64,000 bases of DNA, from contig CM119372.1 in NCBI GenBank assembly GCA_051294905.1, forward strand, positions 28,956,001 to 29,020,000, in the 5' to 3' direction. Source of the stretch: Botryllus schlosseri. Its lineage: Eukaryota. A model generated the notes under the pieces. It saw only the letters and a list, made by a program, of their open reading frames with translations, made no database searches and had not been told where the DNA came from. Of the stretch, positions 27,708 through 40,570 are shown piece after piece. Position numbers and translations under genes: made by a program. Positions within the stretch are counted from its first letter, which is position 1, and each line of letters opens with the position of its first letter.

Positions 27708-30145
27708 CAGGGGTCGGCAACCTTTTGCTAGTCGCGGGCCAAATTTCAGGTGCGCAACATGTTGGCGGGCCGGACCGGAATTTTTCTTAATTCTATATTA
27801 AACGGTCACGTCGGTATATTACCCTACAATGCTGCAATCTCAATCATACAAATCACAAAAAGAGCAAAACACATGTATTTACACTTCAACAACGCAGCAT
27901 AAATGTGACACAGGGCGCAGCTTGCTTTGTGAAAGCTTTTCAACTTCTGGTAACAAGTCCGATGAAGCTAGAATCAGGCCATATTCTGAATGTGCGTTGG
28001 GATACGTGATCTTAGCTTGCTCTTCGTGAATTTCAATTGTTGAAAACTATTGTTCACATGCGCACGTGCTACCAAAAGTCGATGCTATTCTTTTGCATTG
28101 TTGGTCAAGCTGGGATGAAGACCCATTTCAAGAACTTACTCTTTGTCAAAGTCAATCCGCGATATGCTCTTTGTATGAAATTTGTCATTCAATTCAACTG
28201 CATGGCATTTCAAATGGGCCCATTTGAAATTTTCTGGCAATGGTATTGGCGCCCACATTAACCGGAGTACTGGGTAGTCAGAATTTATTTTGTACAGAAC
28301 GAATGTCGGAAAAGCGGATGGAAATTCATTAATTAAATTTGGTATATCACAGTTACAAATGTATAGTGCTGGTACTAGGTTTACTCTCCTCCAGTATAGG
28401 AAAGTGAGGTTATTTAGTTGTTTCCCCCTGAAGTTGCAAATTCAATTTGTTTAGATGTGACGTTAAATATTCTACGAAAGCAAGATTAGATACCCATTTT
28501 CGATGACAAGATTATGAGTCGGCGATGTTTGTATTTTCAAGGAAAGTTGCTATTTCATTTCTCAGTTCATACACTCGTGCAAGCATCTCGACGTAACAAA
28601 GCATGTACCCGTTTTGCCAGTGACACTTGCAACCGACGGGTTTTCCCAAGACACAGAAAACTTCAGAAGAACGCATATTGCTTGGAATGCCGAACAGCGT
28701 CTTGTAGTTGAAGTGCTCTATGTTTCGTTGTTCTTGTGTTTGAAATATACGTGACAAAGCAATGCTTATTGGGGTAGTCCTATCTTTACTATTGCTTTTG
28801 GGTCTGCATTCATTACAGTGGAACATATTGACTCAAAGGCTTTTCGTATGCGCCTTGTCAGGAGTAGGGCTGGGCAAAATCGAGTACCTGAGTGATTCGA
28901 TTCTGAATCACGTATTATGCTTCGAGTCGAGTCGAGTATTCGAGTACCACTCATTATGACGTCATAACAGAATGTTATATGTCAAAGCTCAAATATGTAC
29001 CTTTTAAGCCACCACAAATAATATAATGTCTGTTATTCATCACATAAAAGATACTTAGGTATATTTTTCGACCATACCGATTTCATTGCACTTTGTGACA
29101 ATGTTGTGGGATGATCATGACTTTTTAAATGTGCTATTTCTAGTAACGTTCTTGTTTTTTTACTGTTTTGTATACTGCGATACGGACAATCAAGGTTTCA
29201 AGGCTACCACCGTGGAAAACAGCATGGTAAATTTAATTCTCGTTTATAAATTAACTTTCAGTGGCGAGGAGCGTATAATTTCAGTACTCGAAAAAATCAT
29301 CTTTTACTACTCGACTCGAATCATTAATATTAATACTCGATTCAGATTCGAGTACTCGAATCATTGTGCCCAGCCCTAGTCAGGAGTTAGCGACACAAGA
29401 AGAGCTTACTGAAATATGGACATACGAAAACCAAATTGGCAAAATATGACGTAACAATGCAATAATAAAAAGGATCGCTAACAGCTGTACCGGTACTCCG
29501 GTAGTCATAACAAAGTGACAAGAGAAAATCAAATCATACAAAACACAGACAATTAGCGGTATTTTATTTAATATTTTAGGATTGCATAGATAGGCCTACT
29601 CTTTGTGCTTGTTATTGTGCCGTTAACTCTTTGATGGGGGCACACGGGGGATCTTTGAGGTGATGGATTCTGCTGTGGTGAATGTGGTTCTGAGAGCAAT
29701 ATTCAAGTTCAGTACCGCTAGTAACATTTGAGGTATCTCTGCGTTTCTCTGAGAGCTATTAATGTGATTAACATTTAAAAAGTGGTATTCTGCGACTCAC
29801 GCAGCAGCCTGATTCTAAAATCGGAATATGACGAACCCGGATCAGTACGGGGCTCGTTCACTTTCGGACCAAAAACCCTTTTTCTCCGTAACGCTGTACT
29901 GAGTTTGGTTCGAAAGTGAACGAGCCCCGTAGGTGCGTGAATTACATGTTCCGGAATCATCATCCGTAAGTGGAAGGAAACATTATAAATTTTGACATTT
30001 TTCGAAGCAGTGCTGCACTGCAGATTGGAACTCATTACGAAACGGCGGGCCGTATTCTTGTGGTAACTAATTATTTCGTCGCGGGCCGGACGATTTCGCT
30101 TGGCGGGCCGGATCCGGCCCGCGGGCCGTAGGTTGCCGACCCTTG
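27708..30145 (-). mobile_element. Decayed Charlie/Buster hAT transposon with transposase remnants
   Basis: TIR caggggtcggcaacct/aggttgccgacccttg; TSD ccgtacga; minus-strand LARVYELRNEIATFLE...KWVSNLAFVEYLTSHLNKLNLQLQG, typical of Buster/ZBED5/GTF2IRD2-type transposases. Confidence 0.9.
28865..29378. mobile_element. hAT MITE (TCGAGT/TCGAAT repeats) nested in 27708-30145
   Basis: TIR tagggctgggca/tgcccagcccta; TSD gtcaggag. Confidence 0.93.
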
Positions 30146-30360
30146 CCGTACGATTTGAGAAAAATAGTCATGTTTGAAGACCCCTTATGAACAGGGGTGT
30201 ACGAGTTTTGAGCAAACCTTAAAAGGGTGTACCACGTCGAAAAAGGTTGAAGAGCACTGTTATAGAGTACTATTAGGACGGATTTGAGCCAGGATCCGAT
30301 TCGCATTTCAACAATGTAATATCCCATGTTCAAGGTTCCTTTAGCATTGCCTATGCTCAC

Positions 30361-30465
30361 CAATTTTGATGAACCACTGGGATGTCGTCATTCCATTTCC
30401 ACCAGCCTTCATGTGAGTAATCAGTCATGCCGATGAAGGGGCTCCAATACCCATAATCACCGGTA
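30361..30465 (-). CDS. Gene A exon 3: middle of C-type lectin domain 1
   Basis: Acceptor ttttcag, donor TG|GTGAGC, phase 2-2: TGDYGYWSPFIGMTDYSHEGWWKWNDDIPVVHQN(W), matching the WIGL-x-D...EG-x-W-x-W...NW motif. Confidence 0.92.
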
Positions 30466-31759
30466 CTGAAAATATAAACAAATATAAACTGATCGCCAAT
30501 TTAACACTTCCGTAAGCCGTCCAATGAGTCTTGATGTCGCCCGAAGACGTCTCAACTCGGAGACGACTTCTTCGTGTAAGCATGTCTATTGAATATAACA
30601 ATTATTACAGAATTTACCATACGTCCTTCTTTAGTAGGATTTGTCCTCCATTTCCAGTGAATTGAAAATGTCCTTCGAGGACCCCTAAATGTCCTCCTTT
30701 TTGGCAATTCGTCTTTAATCGTAAATCGTAAAAAGTGGGTAATTCGGGAGTCTAATAAAAGTGATGACCTTTTTTTAGTCAACACAACAGTATTTCCAGT
30801 AAATATTTCAAAATCGGTTGTTTTCGATTTCGGTAAACTAACTTTTTTCGATTTTAAAAAGTGTCCTCCTTTCCGGATTCCAAAATATGGTAACCCTGAT
30901 TATTAGATATAGTCTTGAATCGACAATGGCCGGAAGCTCAGTATTCTAAGGTATAGACAGTATTTTATAACTGTTAGCAAATCTTGTTGCTCTCCATCAA
31001 ATCTTGCGGACCGAAAACTAGCTCCAATTCATTGCCTAAATAATACAACCACAGGAAATTTCTATCAGGTCACTGACACCAAACATTCTGTGATTATGAC
31101 AACACCACTCTGAAAAAAGACGTGGGGAGGATGAGGCAAAACTTGATATGTGTATGAATTAGCATTGCGCCATCACGTTACGTCTATGCTACTCTTCACG
31201 TTGGTGTTCGAAACGAATCTTTGATAAATGTTCGTTTTCACTTGAACTCGAACTTTATAGGGGTTCGCACTATCCCTAACATATTTTCCGTCGATATTGC
31301 GAAAGGCGAATCCCACCATTTCCTATTCCATCTACACTTCCGATGATCGTAATCTCCTAATAGAGACTTGGAATCCTTTCAATTAAAAATTAGGACTTTG
31401 AAATGGTTCCTTATTCCACAAAACATGCAATCAGAAATTTGATTCTGACTCGTGAATCAGTCGACTCTTACCCCATTTCACTCATTAATGATATTGCGAC
31501 TCCAAATCTTACTTAGAACGCCGAGTCCGACTCAAAATGCAAGCTATACTTTATTGTTACCACCCGATTGGGGGTCTGGAAAATAATTTCGTTGCGACTA
31601 TTACAACCGAATTTTTATTTCATGAATCAGCGACTGCCTCCGAACAAACATGCGCCTGCGACTCTGACTCCTGAGTCCTGATTCCTTCAAACGAATTTAG
31701 CAACTCTGACACCAACAAATTGAACAGAGCCACCTCAACTCTGATTCGTTAGTGATCAC

Positions 31760-32638
31760 CAGGGCGGTTTTTTTTGACATGTCAAAATTTGTCAAAATTT
31801 TGTCAAAATTGTAGCGCTAGGTCAAAATTTGTCAAAATTTTTCATAAAATTAAAAAAATTTTGACGTCTGCATTTTGTTTGTATCGTAGATTTAGCACTG
31901 TCGGTGAACTTATAATTTGAAATTTTAACGCTTTTAGCCTATTTTATAGGCCTACCGTTGTAAACGGCTAATCGTCTGCTCATTGTGAATCATAAACGAT
32001 AAAAAAAAAACAAATAATAGGTCGACATGGTGTTATGGTCAACGTACCGCAATATCCTAACTGAAGAAAGACTTCTTGTGCATTGCATCATTCTTATATT
32101 AAGAAGCGCATGATGAAAAATTGTGATGTAGACAACATTGGCAGAATGAAGCATCACGGTGTGTCACCAGCACCAGCAGTGTACGCACAACTTGAGTGTT
32201 GTCGGCCAACAACTGCTGCTGTAGAACGTCCTTGACAAGCTTCTTAGTAAGGACGTGCACTTTCTACCCAAGAATGTAGGAAAGCATCTCTCGTTGTACT
32301 ACAAAATATTTTAATTATTTCTACCATAATACATATTGTAACCACTGGAATTCTTCATCGGGCCAGATTTCGTTAAAAAATTGTTATTTTCATGTAAAAA
32401 CATGCTTGTTTTTAAGCCAAAAACGTTTTTTCAGGCCAAACTACTTCGTTAGGACAGTCAGTTCAAACCAGAAATGAAGATAAGTGGTGCAATTTTAACA
32501 TAATGTGGGAAAACACCTAATTTGCATACCTTAGGTCAAAATTTGGTCAAAATTCAGTTTTTTTAGGTCAAAAAAAGTCAAAATTTTGATTTTTTAGGTA
32601 AAAATTTTCTTTTTTTTAGGTAAAAAAAAACCGCCCTA
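31760..32638 (+). mobile_element. hAT deletion derivative (GTCAAAATTT repeats) with a dimerisation-domain remnant
   Basis: cagggcggtttttttt...aaaaaaaaccgcccta; TSD gtgatcac; internal YAQLECCRPTTAAVER. Confidence 0.9.
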
Positions 32639-33685
32639 GTGATCACCAATATTTCGACTCCCGACTTCGACACGTGACTCTTGTTTCCATGCCCTGATTG
32701 ACAGGGCACACAGACATATATTCCAAATCTATAGAGGTAAAAGCGTGAGGAAAAGTCGTCACCACAATATGCAAGGTCTTATTGCGGAACAAAATTTGGC
32801 CCCGAATATGAAGGAAGTTACCGAAGTTTAAATATTTAAAATATATAAATAGAACCTACGCTTACTACCTTCACTTGAGCATCTACAAGCGATCTTAGCC
32901 AATGACTATTCATAACCGTCATAGAAAGTGTGACAGCTATCTGGTGATGCTAGTCATACTACAAAATATATTTGACGTCCTCTTCATAATGCATTTCTGA
33001 TAGATTTGTATTCACGAAACACATTATCCCTCGAATGATCCCTGTTGCATGACCGAATGCTTTCAAGTCATGTGAACGAGCTTCTATAAAACACAAACCG
33101 TTTATTGCCAACAAGTTGCCGGTAAAGCTGTCATGATATGACAGCTGTTCTTAAAGTATGGGTCGCGAATTCTATAATTTTGGGTCGCGACCACACCAGA
33201 GATATCATTTGATGCACGCAATATTTTCTGAATCTCCTGCAAAAATATTCTTCACGTTTCGCGCGATCTTCTGTGGGTGCTTTGATCGTTTTCTAGCCTA
33301 ACGTGTTTGGTGCCATAGCCAATAACTGCACAAAAGGTAATTGTTTGGTCATTATGGCTTGATCATAAAAATATGCCCACCTCTGTATCATACAAGTCAC
33401 TTTGTTGTCATTGTAAGGTTTGTCTGACGATGGGTTTGTCTGGAAACCTCTAAAATTGTCGCTACTCAATTCCTGATATGTAGGCCTACCAGGTCAAACT
33501 AAAATAATTATACGCGATTTCGTGGTAACAAATATAAGACATGACTGGTGATACTAAGCACCTACGGTGAGAAGCGCCAATTGAAAGCTATCACTGTTTG
33601 CTTGGAGGAGTGAGAGAGACACTTCAAAAGAATATGTCGTCCTCGTGAATTGCATATCAGTGTAGGAAGGGAAGTATAAACTTAC

Positions 33686-33848
33686 TAGTCGGCAGCACCT
33701 AACATCAGGTCAGCAATTTCATTGTCAATATGATAGCTCGTGATGTAAACCAAATTCTTCCAGCCCTTGTCCTTGCAGCTCTGTTCTCCATACCCGTAGG
33801 AAAGATAACTACCCCAGTATAATCCATATAGATTACCAGTTGTAGCAC
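33686..33848 (-). CDS. Gene A exon 2: N-terminal part of C-type lectin domain 1
   Basis: Acceptor tctctag, donor TA|GTAAGT, 163 nt open: ATTGNLYGLYWGSYLSYGYGEQSCKDKGWKNLVYITSYHIDNEIADLMLGAAD. Contains the C-x3-G-x3-L-x2-I-x-S CTLD pattern. Confidence 0.88.
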
Positions 33849-35446
33849 CTAGAGACCAGTAGGTGTAATCATCCGCTGGAATGTTAATGCAGCATTACCT
33901 TGCGTCGCGTTCAGAATTATTAATTTCCTAATTTCCCAGCGAATCGAAATCGGGGAGCAAATATATCTCGATACATATGTATAGCGCAATAAACGTGAAT
34001 CTGGAACGCGCTGCATCAAACCTTTTTCAACTGAGTACCCCTTACGAATTATTTGCATGTATATGACATACCCCTTAGAAATAATGATGTGTATAGTGTG
34101 CGCAATTGAAAGACAAGTACTCTTTCTCGCATCATTCCACTGCGATAGATGAGCTGGACGCTACTTCAGGAGTAAATCTGTTTTTGAAGTGGAGGCGAAG
34201 CGAAAAAGACTCCCCTCACATTTGTCGACACAGTTGGAGCTCCATAAACTATAGCCTGCTCAGTGCTCATCGCAGGCTACATGAGCAATACACTGAAGAA
34301 TGCAATAGCGCTAATCATGTATCCTTCATCAAAAGCAAATGAAACTGGTTCTCATAAGAATTTATTCGAGATCTACAGTAGGCTAGGCTGCGTAGTTACT
34401 CTCATCAGAGTGGCAGTAAAGAAACAGAAATTCACTACGGATGATGAACATGGGGCGAGTAACGTTAGACGGCAATGTAAACATATGCTGTATTGAACCT
34501 TAATAAACGCTGCATTTGTTGGTCTTAATCTTAAGTCTCGATTGTCGCATATTTCCTAAAGTCGCTGTTCTTGAAAATAATCCAGTGCCTGAAAAAGGAC
34601 GTCGCACATGTACGTCCAGTTTGAGAGCCCCTGTTATAGTGTATAGTAGAAGTGGGATGGATTAGGAATTGAAAAAGAAAATTAGAAAAAAATAAATTTA
34701 ACCGTGTTAGATTAGCGTCTAATTGGGATATGCCATTCTGGCTGAGCCGGATTACGATTTTACATGCCCTAACTCTTTTGTTGAGTTTTCGTGGGAGTTT
34801 TCAGGAAAGTCGACTGTATACCAAATGCATATTAAACATCTAGCATTTAGGTAATAAATTGATAATTATATTTAGAAATGGCAAATTTCATTTTGTTAGT
34901 TTCTAGACATATATGTAGAAGTGGTAAAAAAAAATTCTGCTTGATGTGAATTTAGTAATTTTGCTAAACTGAATTTTTATTTCGATTACGATATGGAATT
35001 GTGAATACATAGAATTTACCTCCTTTCCAACTGAATAGGTTTACAGATATGGACTTCGATTTGGCATGATGAAATATCTATTCATTATTTTGATTTTGAA
35101 TTTGAAGCTAGCATGTACACGGAATTTAATTTTAACATAATAAATCAGCCCTTAGAGTGCAGACACACGCATTGATGACCCAGTGCAGCATGTTGCCGCG
35201 AGATAAAGATATCACGATGCTAAAATATCTATTAGAGAGTGGAGAGTATAGCTTCTGGTTATGTGTGGTACCGGGTCTGTTGTCCTTGCTGTTGATAGTT
35301 TTAATGGTGAGCCACCATCTAACGTTGATTTTATATCAGACCGATGTAATCTTTTGAAGATTTCCTAGCTGCCGACTTATAGGGTGGTGCAATTTATTAC
35401 AAAGCTACAGTACGTATGATGAATGGATCGCGATCAGCAGACCTAA

Positions 35447-37318
35447 CAGTGGCGGCTCGTGACAATATCGGGCGGTGGGGCAAGGGCTGCAAGCGACTTT
35501 TCATCAAGATGACGTCACAATGGCGTTTTCCAACGTAAACAAGTAACTTGGTGGTACGGTAACACGAACTTCCCGACAACAGTGATTTTAACGTATGTGT
35601 CGCGAGAGGTCTGCTGGTGAGCAGTGACTTGAAGTGTGGTAACTGCGTAAACGGCGTACGGAACAAAGATTCGACAAGGTTCATGTTCGCACTATACCTG
35701 ACTAATTATCTGCAGAAATGGAAATGACTATAACTCGAGAGATTGCGTAATCCTAACTGGAAAGGTCAACGAGTTTGGACACATACGCAATTGTTATCTC
35801 ATAGATTGGGCCTGCCATATTGAATACAAAACATCATTCTGAAGAACTACGGATAGCAGCCTCGGAAATTCGGTCCCGGTACAGCATAGGAGATTTTGGC
35901 CTTGAGGCTGGTGACTGTCGCACGACACATACGGCCTACGAATAAATACGTGGATGAAAGCCTTAAACTTGGTACACTGTTACATGACATTATCGAGAAG
36001 TGGCCTCATGGCCCTTTTCGGTATGGTACACCGTCAAAATTAATGCGAACAGACCAACACCGAATTTTGCGTAAAATTTACTGAGGAATAGGCTGATCAA
36101 GTGATCAGCTGTTAGCCGCCATCGAAAACGAAATAACTATCGCGCTTGACAGGGGGGTTGTAAGCAAATGGCTTGAAGGCCACAATTTCACGGTGAAATT
36201 GACATTGGAGAATATAATATCAAAGTAAATATTTGAATGCAAACTGAGAATGATATCATCATCTCAGTTAACGTTACCGCAGATACACCGGCTTTTGCGT
36301 GAAATCCGCAATGTGTTGTAGGCTAAAGTGTCAGATCGAAGCACATCTTTACCACACTCGACCTTGATAACGAAATTACTGCCCTAATCATTGAGTGTCA
36401 ACCTTGAGACTTGGCACAGCGTTCGATACTAAAATCAAGACATACCGTGCAAAAGCTTATGACGGATCTAGGTAAGGAGCATCGTTAAAATCAATAGAGA
36501 CCAATACCGGCTTTGCGTATAATCTGTTAGCGATAAATGACTAGTCAGCTCTCACTCGAATTAGGAAACCAAATTACCACTAACACAGTTCAGTGACAAA
36601 CTTAAAACTTGGTACAGCGTTCGATACTAACTTTAAGACTTACCGTGCCAAATGTCATAACCGATCTCGGTATTGAACATCGTCTAAACCAATGGATACC
36701 AATACCGGCTTTTGAGTAAAATCTGTTTGCGATACATGACGGATCAGCACACACTCAACTTCGGAAACGGAATTACTACCCTAAACTTTAAGTAAAAACC
36801 CTGAAACTTGGGGCAGTGTTCAATACCACCATCACGACATGACATAACAAGTTTCAAGAGTTTTCATGGTGTGAAACCCCATTAAAATCGACCTATACCA
36901 GCAAAGGTCGACTAAACGCAGATGACGGTAACAGAGTTCAGCTATAGATACGATTGTTACATCACACCTTAAGGGCACAGAGCTATCGTGCCCCGGTTGC
37001 TCGGTAATTTTATGAATAGGAGAGAGTAAATCACCGTTTCTTTATTGTGAGAATAGACAGTGAAAGCTTGCTATGAGCGCTACCGGGGCAAGCCCCGGCT
37101 AGGCATTCGCAAAGCGAAAACACAGAAGAGAATTCGATTTTCGCAGAGACTTCGCTATATATGGGCATTTACAAGCGAAAGGACAAGAAGTATACGATAT
37201 TCGCTGTGATTTCGGTTTATATAGATAGGTGTGCGTCTATAAATGGTGAAGAATTGTTATTGAACAGAATTTTAGGTGGGGCAATGCCCCAGTTGCCCTA
37301 TAGGACGAGCCGCCACTG
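35447..37318 (+). mobile_element. Tip100-like element, copy 3
   Basis: Same TIRs; TSD agacctaa. Confidence 0.95.
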
Positions 37319-37419
37319 AGACCTAATATAGTTTAAGAAAATTCAAGGGAAATCTGTCAGACTCAAACCCGCGACCAATGAGTGCTGCAGCGCTGGAACT
37401 GTACTTGTCACCACGATTC

Positions 37420-37520
37420 CAGGGCTGGCGAGATAGAGTAGTGGCACATTCCACAGCTTCAACACAAATGGGTTGCTGGTTCGAGTCCGATCAAGGTCGA
37501 GTCCGATCAAGGTCGACTCC
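37420..37520 (+). mobile_element. Possible tRNA-derived SINE head fragment
   Basis: A-box-like tggcgagatag, B-box-like ggttcgagtcc, then a tandemly duplicated gtccgatcaaggtcga. Confidence 0.45.
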
Positions 37521-37677
37521 AAAATCCCTATCCAAGTTTTGGAGATTCATCTATAGGCTTCTCCTCGTCATGTCATGTTAATGACCTAATGACCAATACG
37601 GACTATAGTAGTCGACAAACACCATGAATGCCACAAAACAACAAACAACAACCACGATTCAAGAAAACAATACATAC

Positions 37678-37729
37678 CTTGGGCGAAGTTGACACCGAAG
37701 AGTATAGCTGCAATTCGTATCACTATCAT
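37678..37729 (-). CDS. Gene A coding exon 1: start codon and signal peptide
   Basis: MIVIRIAAILFGVNFAQ(G): basic residue, hydrophobic core and small-residue cleavage region. Donor G|GTATGT, phase 1, matches the start of exon 2. Confidence 0.85.
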
Positions 37730-39792
37730 CGTTTGTTTGGAATAATTATTCTGTAACAATTTAACCAAATGATTAATATACTGTCACCCGCGTACAATGC
37801 GACCGTATAGCGACTCTATCGGTCGCCAACTTAAAGCGGGAATGTTTATGCCGATTTTGACAAGGCACATGTGCAGATCATATGATTCGTTAGTTTCAAA
37901 GTCAAATAATATTCGGAATTTGAGTTCCAAATCTATCTCCGCGTACAAATTCCTAATATATACGCTATCGCGTCTACAGCCAAATCAAAATTCCTGTGAA
38001 AGCTGCATGAATATGTAAACTTAGGAGGTATTTCATGCCAGTAGCAACTCGTCGCAATATCGAATATAAGAGCTTATAAACTAACAACTATATTCCCGAA
38101 GACTCGCGAAACTTTTGGATTTAATGAAGTCACAATTGCGTATTGTGATATGTGAATGTTGGTTCATTGCAGTCACACGCTAGTGGTGCCCAACATGTTT
38201 ATAAGGTGACCCATTTGATTCAGATCAATAAAGTTTCGTAACCCAAGCAATATAGTCATAATACATCAAATGATCAAATTCATTCCTATATCACACTATT
38301 GAAATAGTTGTTCTCGCTTGCTGTCAGCGAGGTTTTTAAATCTGCGCGTACATCCAAATCGGCTTAAGCATGCTATTGGAATGGTAAATAGAACTATTTT
38401 ACATATCATGTATAATTCATCCTTGCCTTACGAATAAGGAATTCAATGTATTGTGGAAGATTTATGATATATTTGTTAGGCTTGAATGGTTGTGAAATGC
38501 GATCTGCGCCATGTTCCCAGAATGTTACATTGGTCCAATTGTATACTCACTAAAAATTAGAATCACTGTATCCATTTCTGAGATGGCTGAAAAGTCTTCT
38601 TGCAACCCGAATTACGAGAGTTCACGTAATCTCAAAGCGCCCTAGCGTGCACTGGCCGAAGAACGTTTTGAAATACCAATGCGGGACTATGCGGTAATCG
38701 CATTTGAGAGAGCTAATTACCGATGACGAAAGTTCTACTTTCGTTTTTTCAAGTAATGCCCCTCCCGATACTGACATTAAGCGCTTCATGATTTGGTGTA
38801 GGTATTGGCAAGTTTTGTGAATTTTTTAAATTTGTTTTTATTTTTCCTCTGATACTATATACTTCAAATCAAGCGACCAAAAATATCTTATAGGCGACAC
38901 AATTTTGGGTCGGAATAGATGAGTTAGGAACCTCTGCTCTAGAGCAGTGCTCGGCAGCACTTATGCGTAGTGCACCAGAATATTCATTGCTGCGCCTATA
39001 TGAAAAGGTAGACACAAAGACGCATCGCATCTTGTCACACAAAACCACGGGTTCTGTACTGGGGTCCGGGGACTAGTTGTGGGACACATCCAAAGACAAA
39101 ACCGAGACTAAAAAGACAAATGGGATATTTACAGTTAATCCGTGGATTGATCAATCCAGCGATTAGAAAGTAGACAGCCTTTTGCCAAAAAGTACGATTT
39201 TCGGTAGTAATTATTAGTTTTTAGATAACGTGAATGACATTACGTATATGTGCATATAACACCAAGACTTGGAATCATCCTGTTGTTACCGACACGATTC
39301 TGTAAGATTCAGACTCTGTCCTGAAAGTTTATTTGCCGGGTGGATATAGTTTTTCCTAAAATATTGAAAATTGAAGTCACTCATGATCAGGTAGTGAAGG
39401 AAGTAACAGCTAACCGTTCGAATTGTTATGGCAAGTAGTATTGTGATCTGAGAATTTCTCGGGAATTTTGATACGTATTGAAGGGACTATAGATAAGGTT
39501 ACCAAATTTTGAAATTCGGAAAGGGGGACACTTTTCACAGGCTTCAAAAGTTACTGAAGTGGAAGAGAAAACGTGTGATTTTTAGACTTATACAGCTAAT
39601 TTCATTAAGTTGCATGAAAAAGATCATTTTGTCCGACTGCGATTTGACTAAAATAAAAGGTCATTTATCGATTTCGATTCCCGAAATACCCGACTCTCGT
39701 TAACTAGGCCGACATTTTGCGTTATTCGTGGTATTCTTGGGTATTTTAAGCTAAAACAAGACGACACATTGACAAAAAGCAGGACAATAGGG

Positions 39793-40570
39793 CAGTGGTG
39801 TCAAACTCAACTTGCGTCGCGGGCCGGATTCAAACCTTATTATTGCCATGCACAATAGTATATTACATTTTATTAGGGATAATGAGCGTTCTATTCTTTC
39901 TACATCTCTGTGCGTAAACAATGGAATCGGCATCAATATGTTGATTAACTGGTTACCTGCAAAAATAGTGGCTCTAATGATGATATAAGTTGGCATATTT
40001 CTATTCTTCCTGTCTTTTAATCGTATACTGGCGTCAATTCTGTGTATGCATTTTGAGGAAAGCAACAGATCTAAATGTAAAATTCATTATTAATAAATCG
40101 CGATATGGGTTTCTCTCGAGGCCGTGGATCTTTTGAGTCAGAAGGGATGTAGCAGTGCGACCACAGATGTTTGAATATTATTTCTGTGTATCCACTATAT
40201 TCGCCTGTAACCCGTATATAACGGTTTCGCATTAGCCATTTCACTTTTGTGAATAACTAATTTTTAATTAATTTTTTTCTCATGATATACAGAAATCGGT
40301 TGCTTTCTCGGAATTGGGTGTAAATGTTAGCTACTTGCTCCTATAATGGTGACTTGAGTGAAACCACAACACGGCTGTCGGTTGGTTATGATATGGTAAA
40401 TGAACATATTCTACAACTGATGTCTTGAGGCTTTATTTAATGGAGGTATTTCTTACTTAAAATACCAACATTTGTTAGAAATATGTTGAATATTACACAC
40501 ATTTTTTAATATACTCGGAATTGCTTCGCGGGCTGGATGCGTCTCGCGGGCCGTATGTTTGGCACCCCTG
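39793..40570. mobile_element. Charlie/Buster-type MITE
   Basis: cagtggtgtcaaactc...gtttggcacccctg; ends match 6735-7113; TSD decayed. Confidence 0.7.

Larger units (their letters stand above)
26106..30259. mobile_element. Buster-type hAT element (GGTGTAC repeats) hosting nested elements
   Basis: TIR cagtgctcttcaacc/ggttgaagagcactg; perfect TSD ttatagag. Confidence 0.92.

Noticed and set aside
32860..33085. Candidate extra exon in intron 2
   Set aside because: Stops in all frames after the acceptor; exons 2 and 3 already join in phase to give a complete CTLD.
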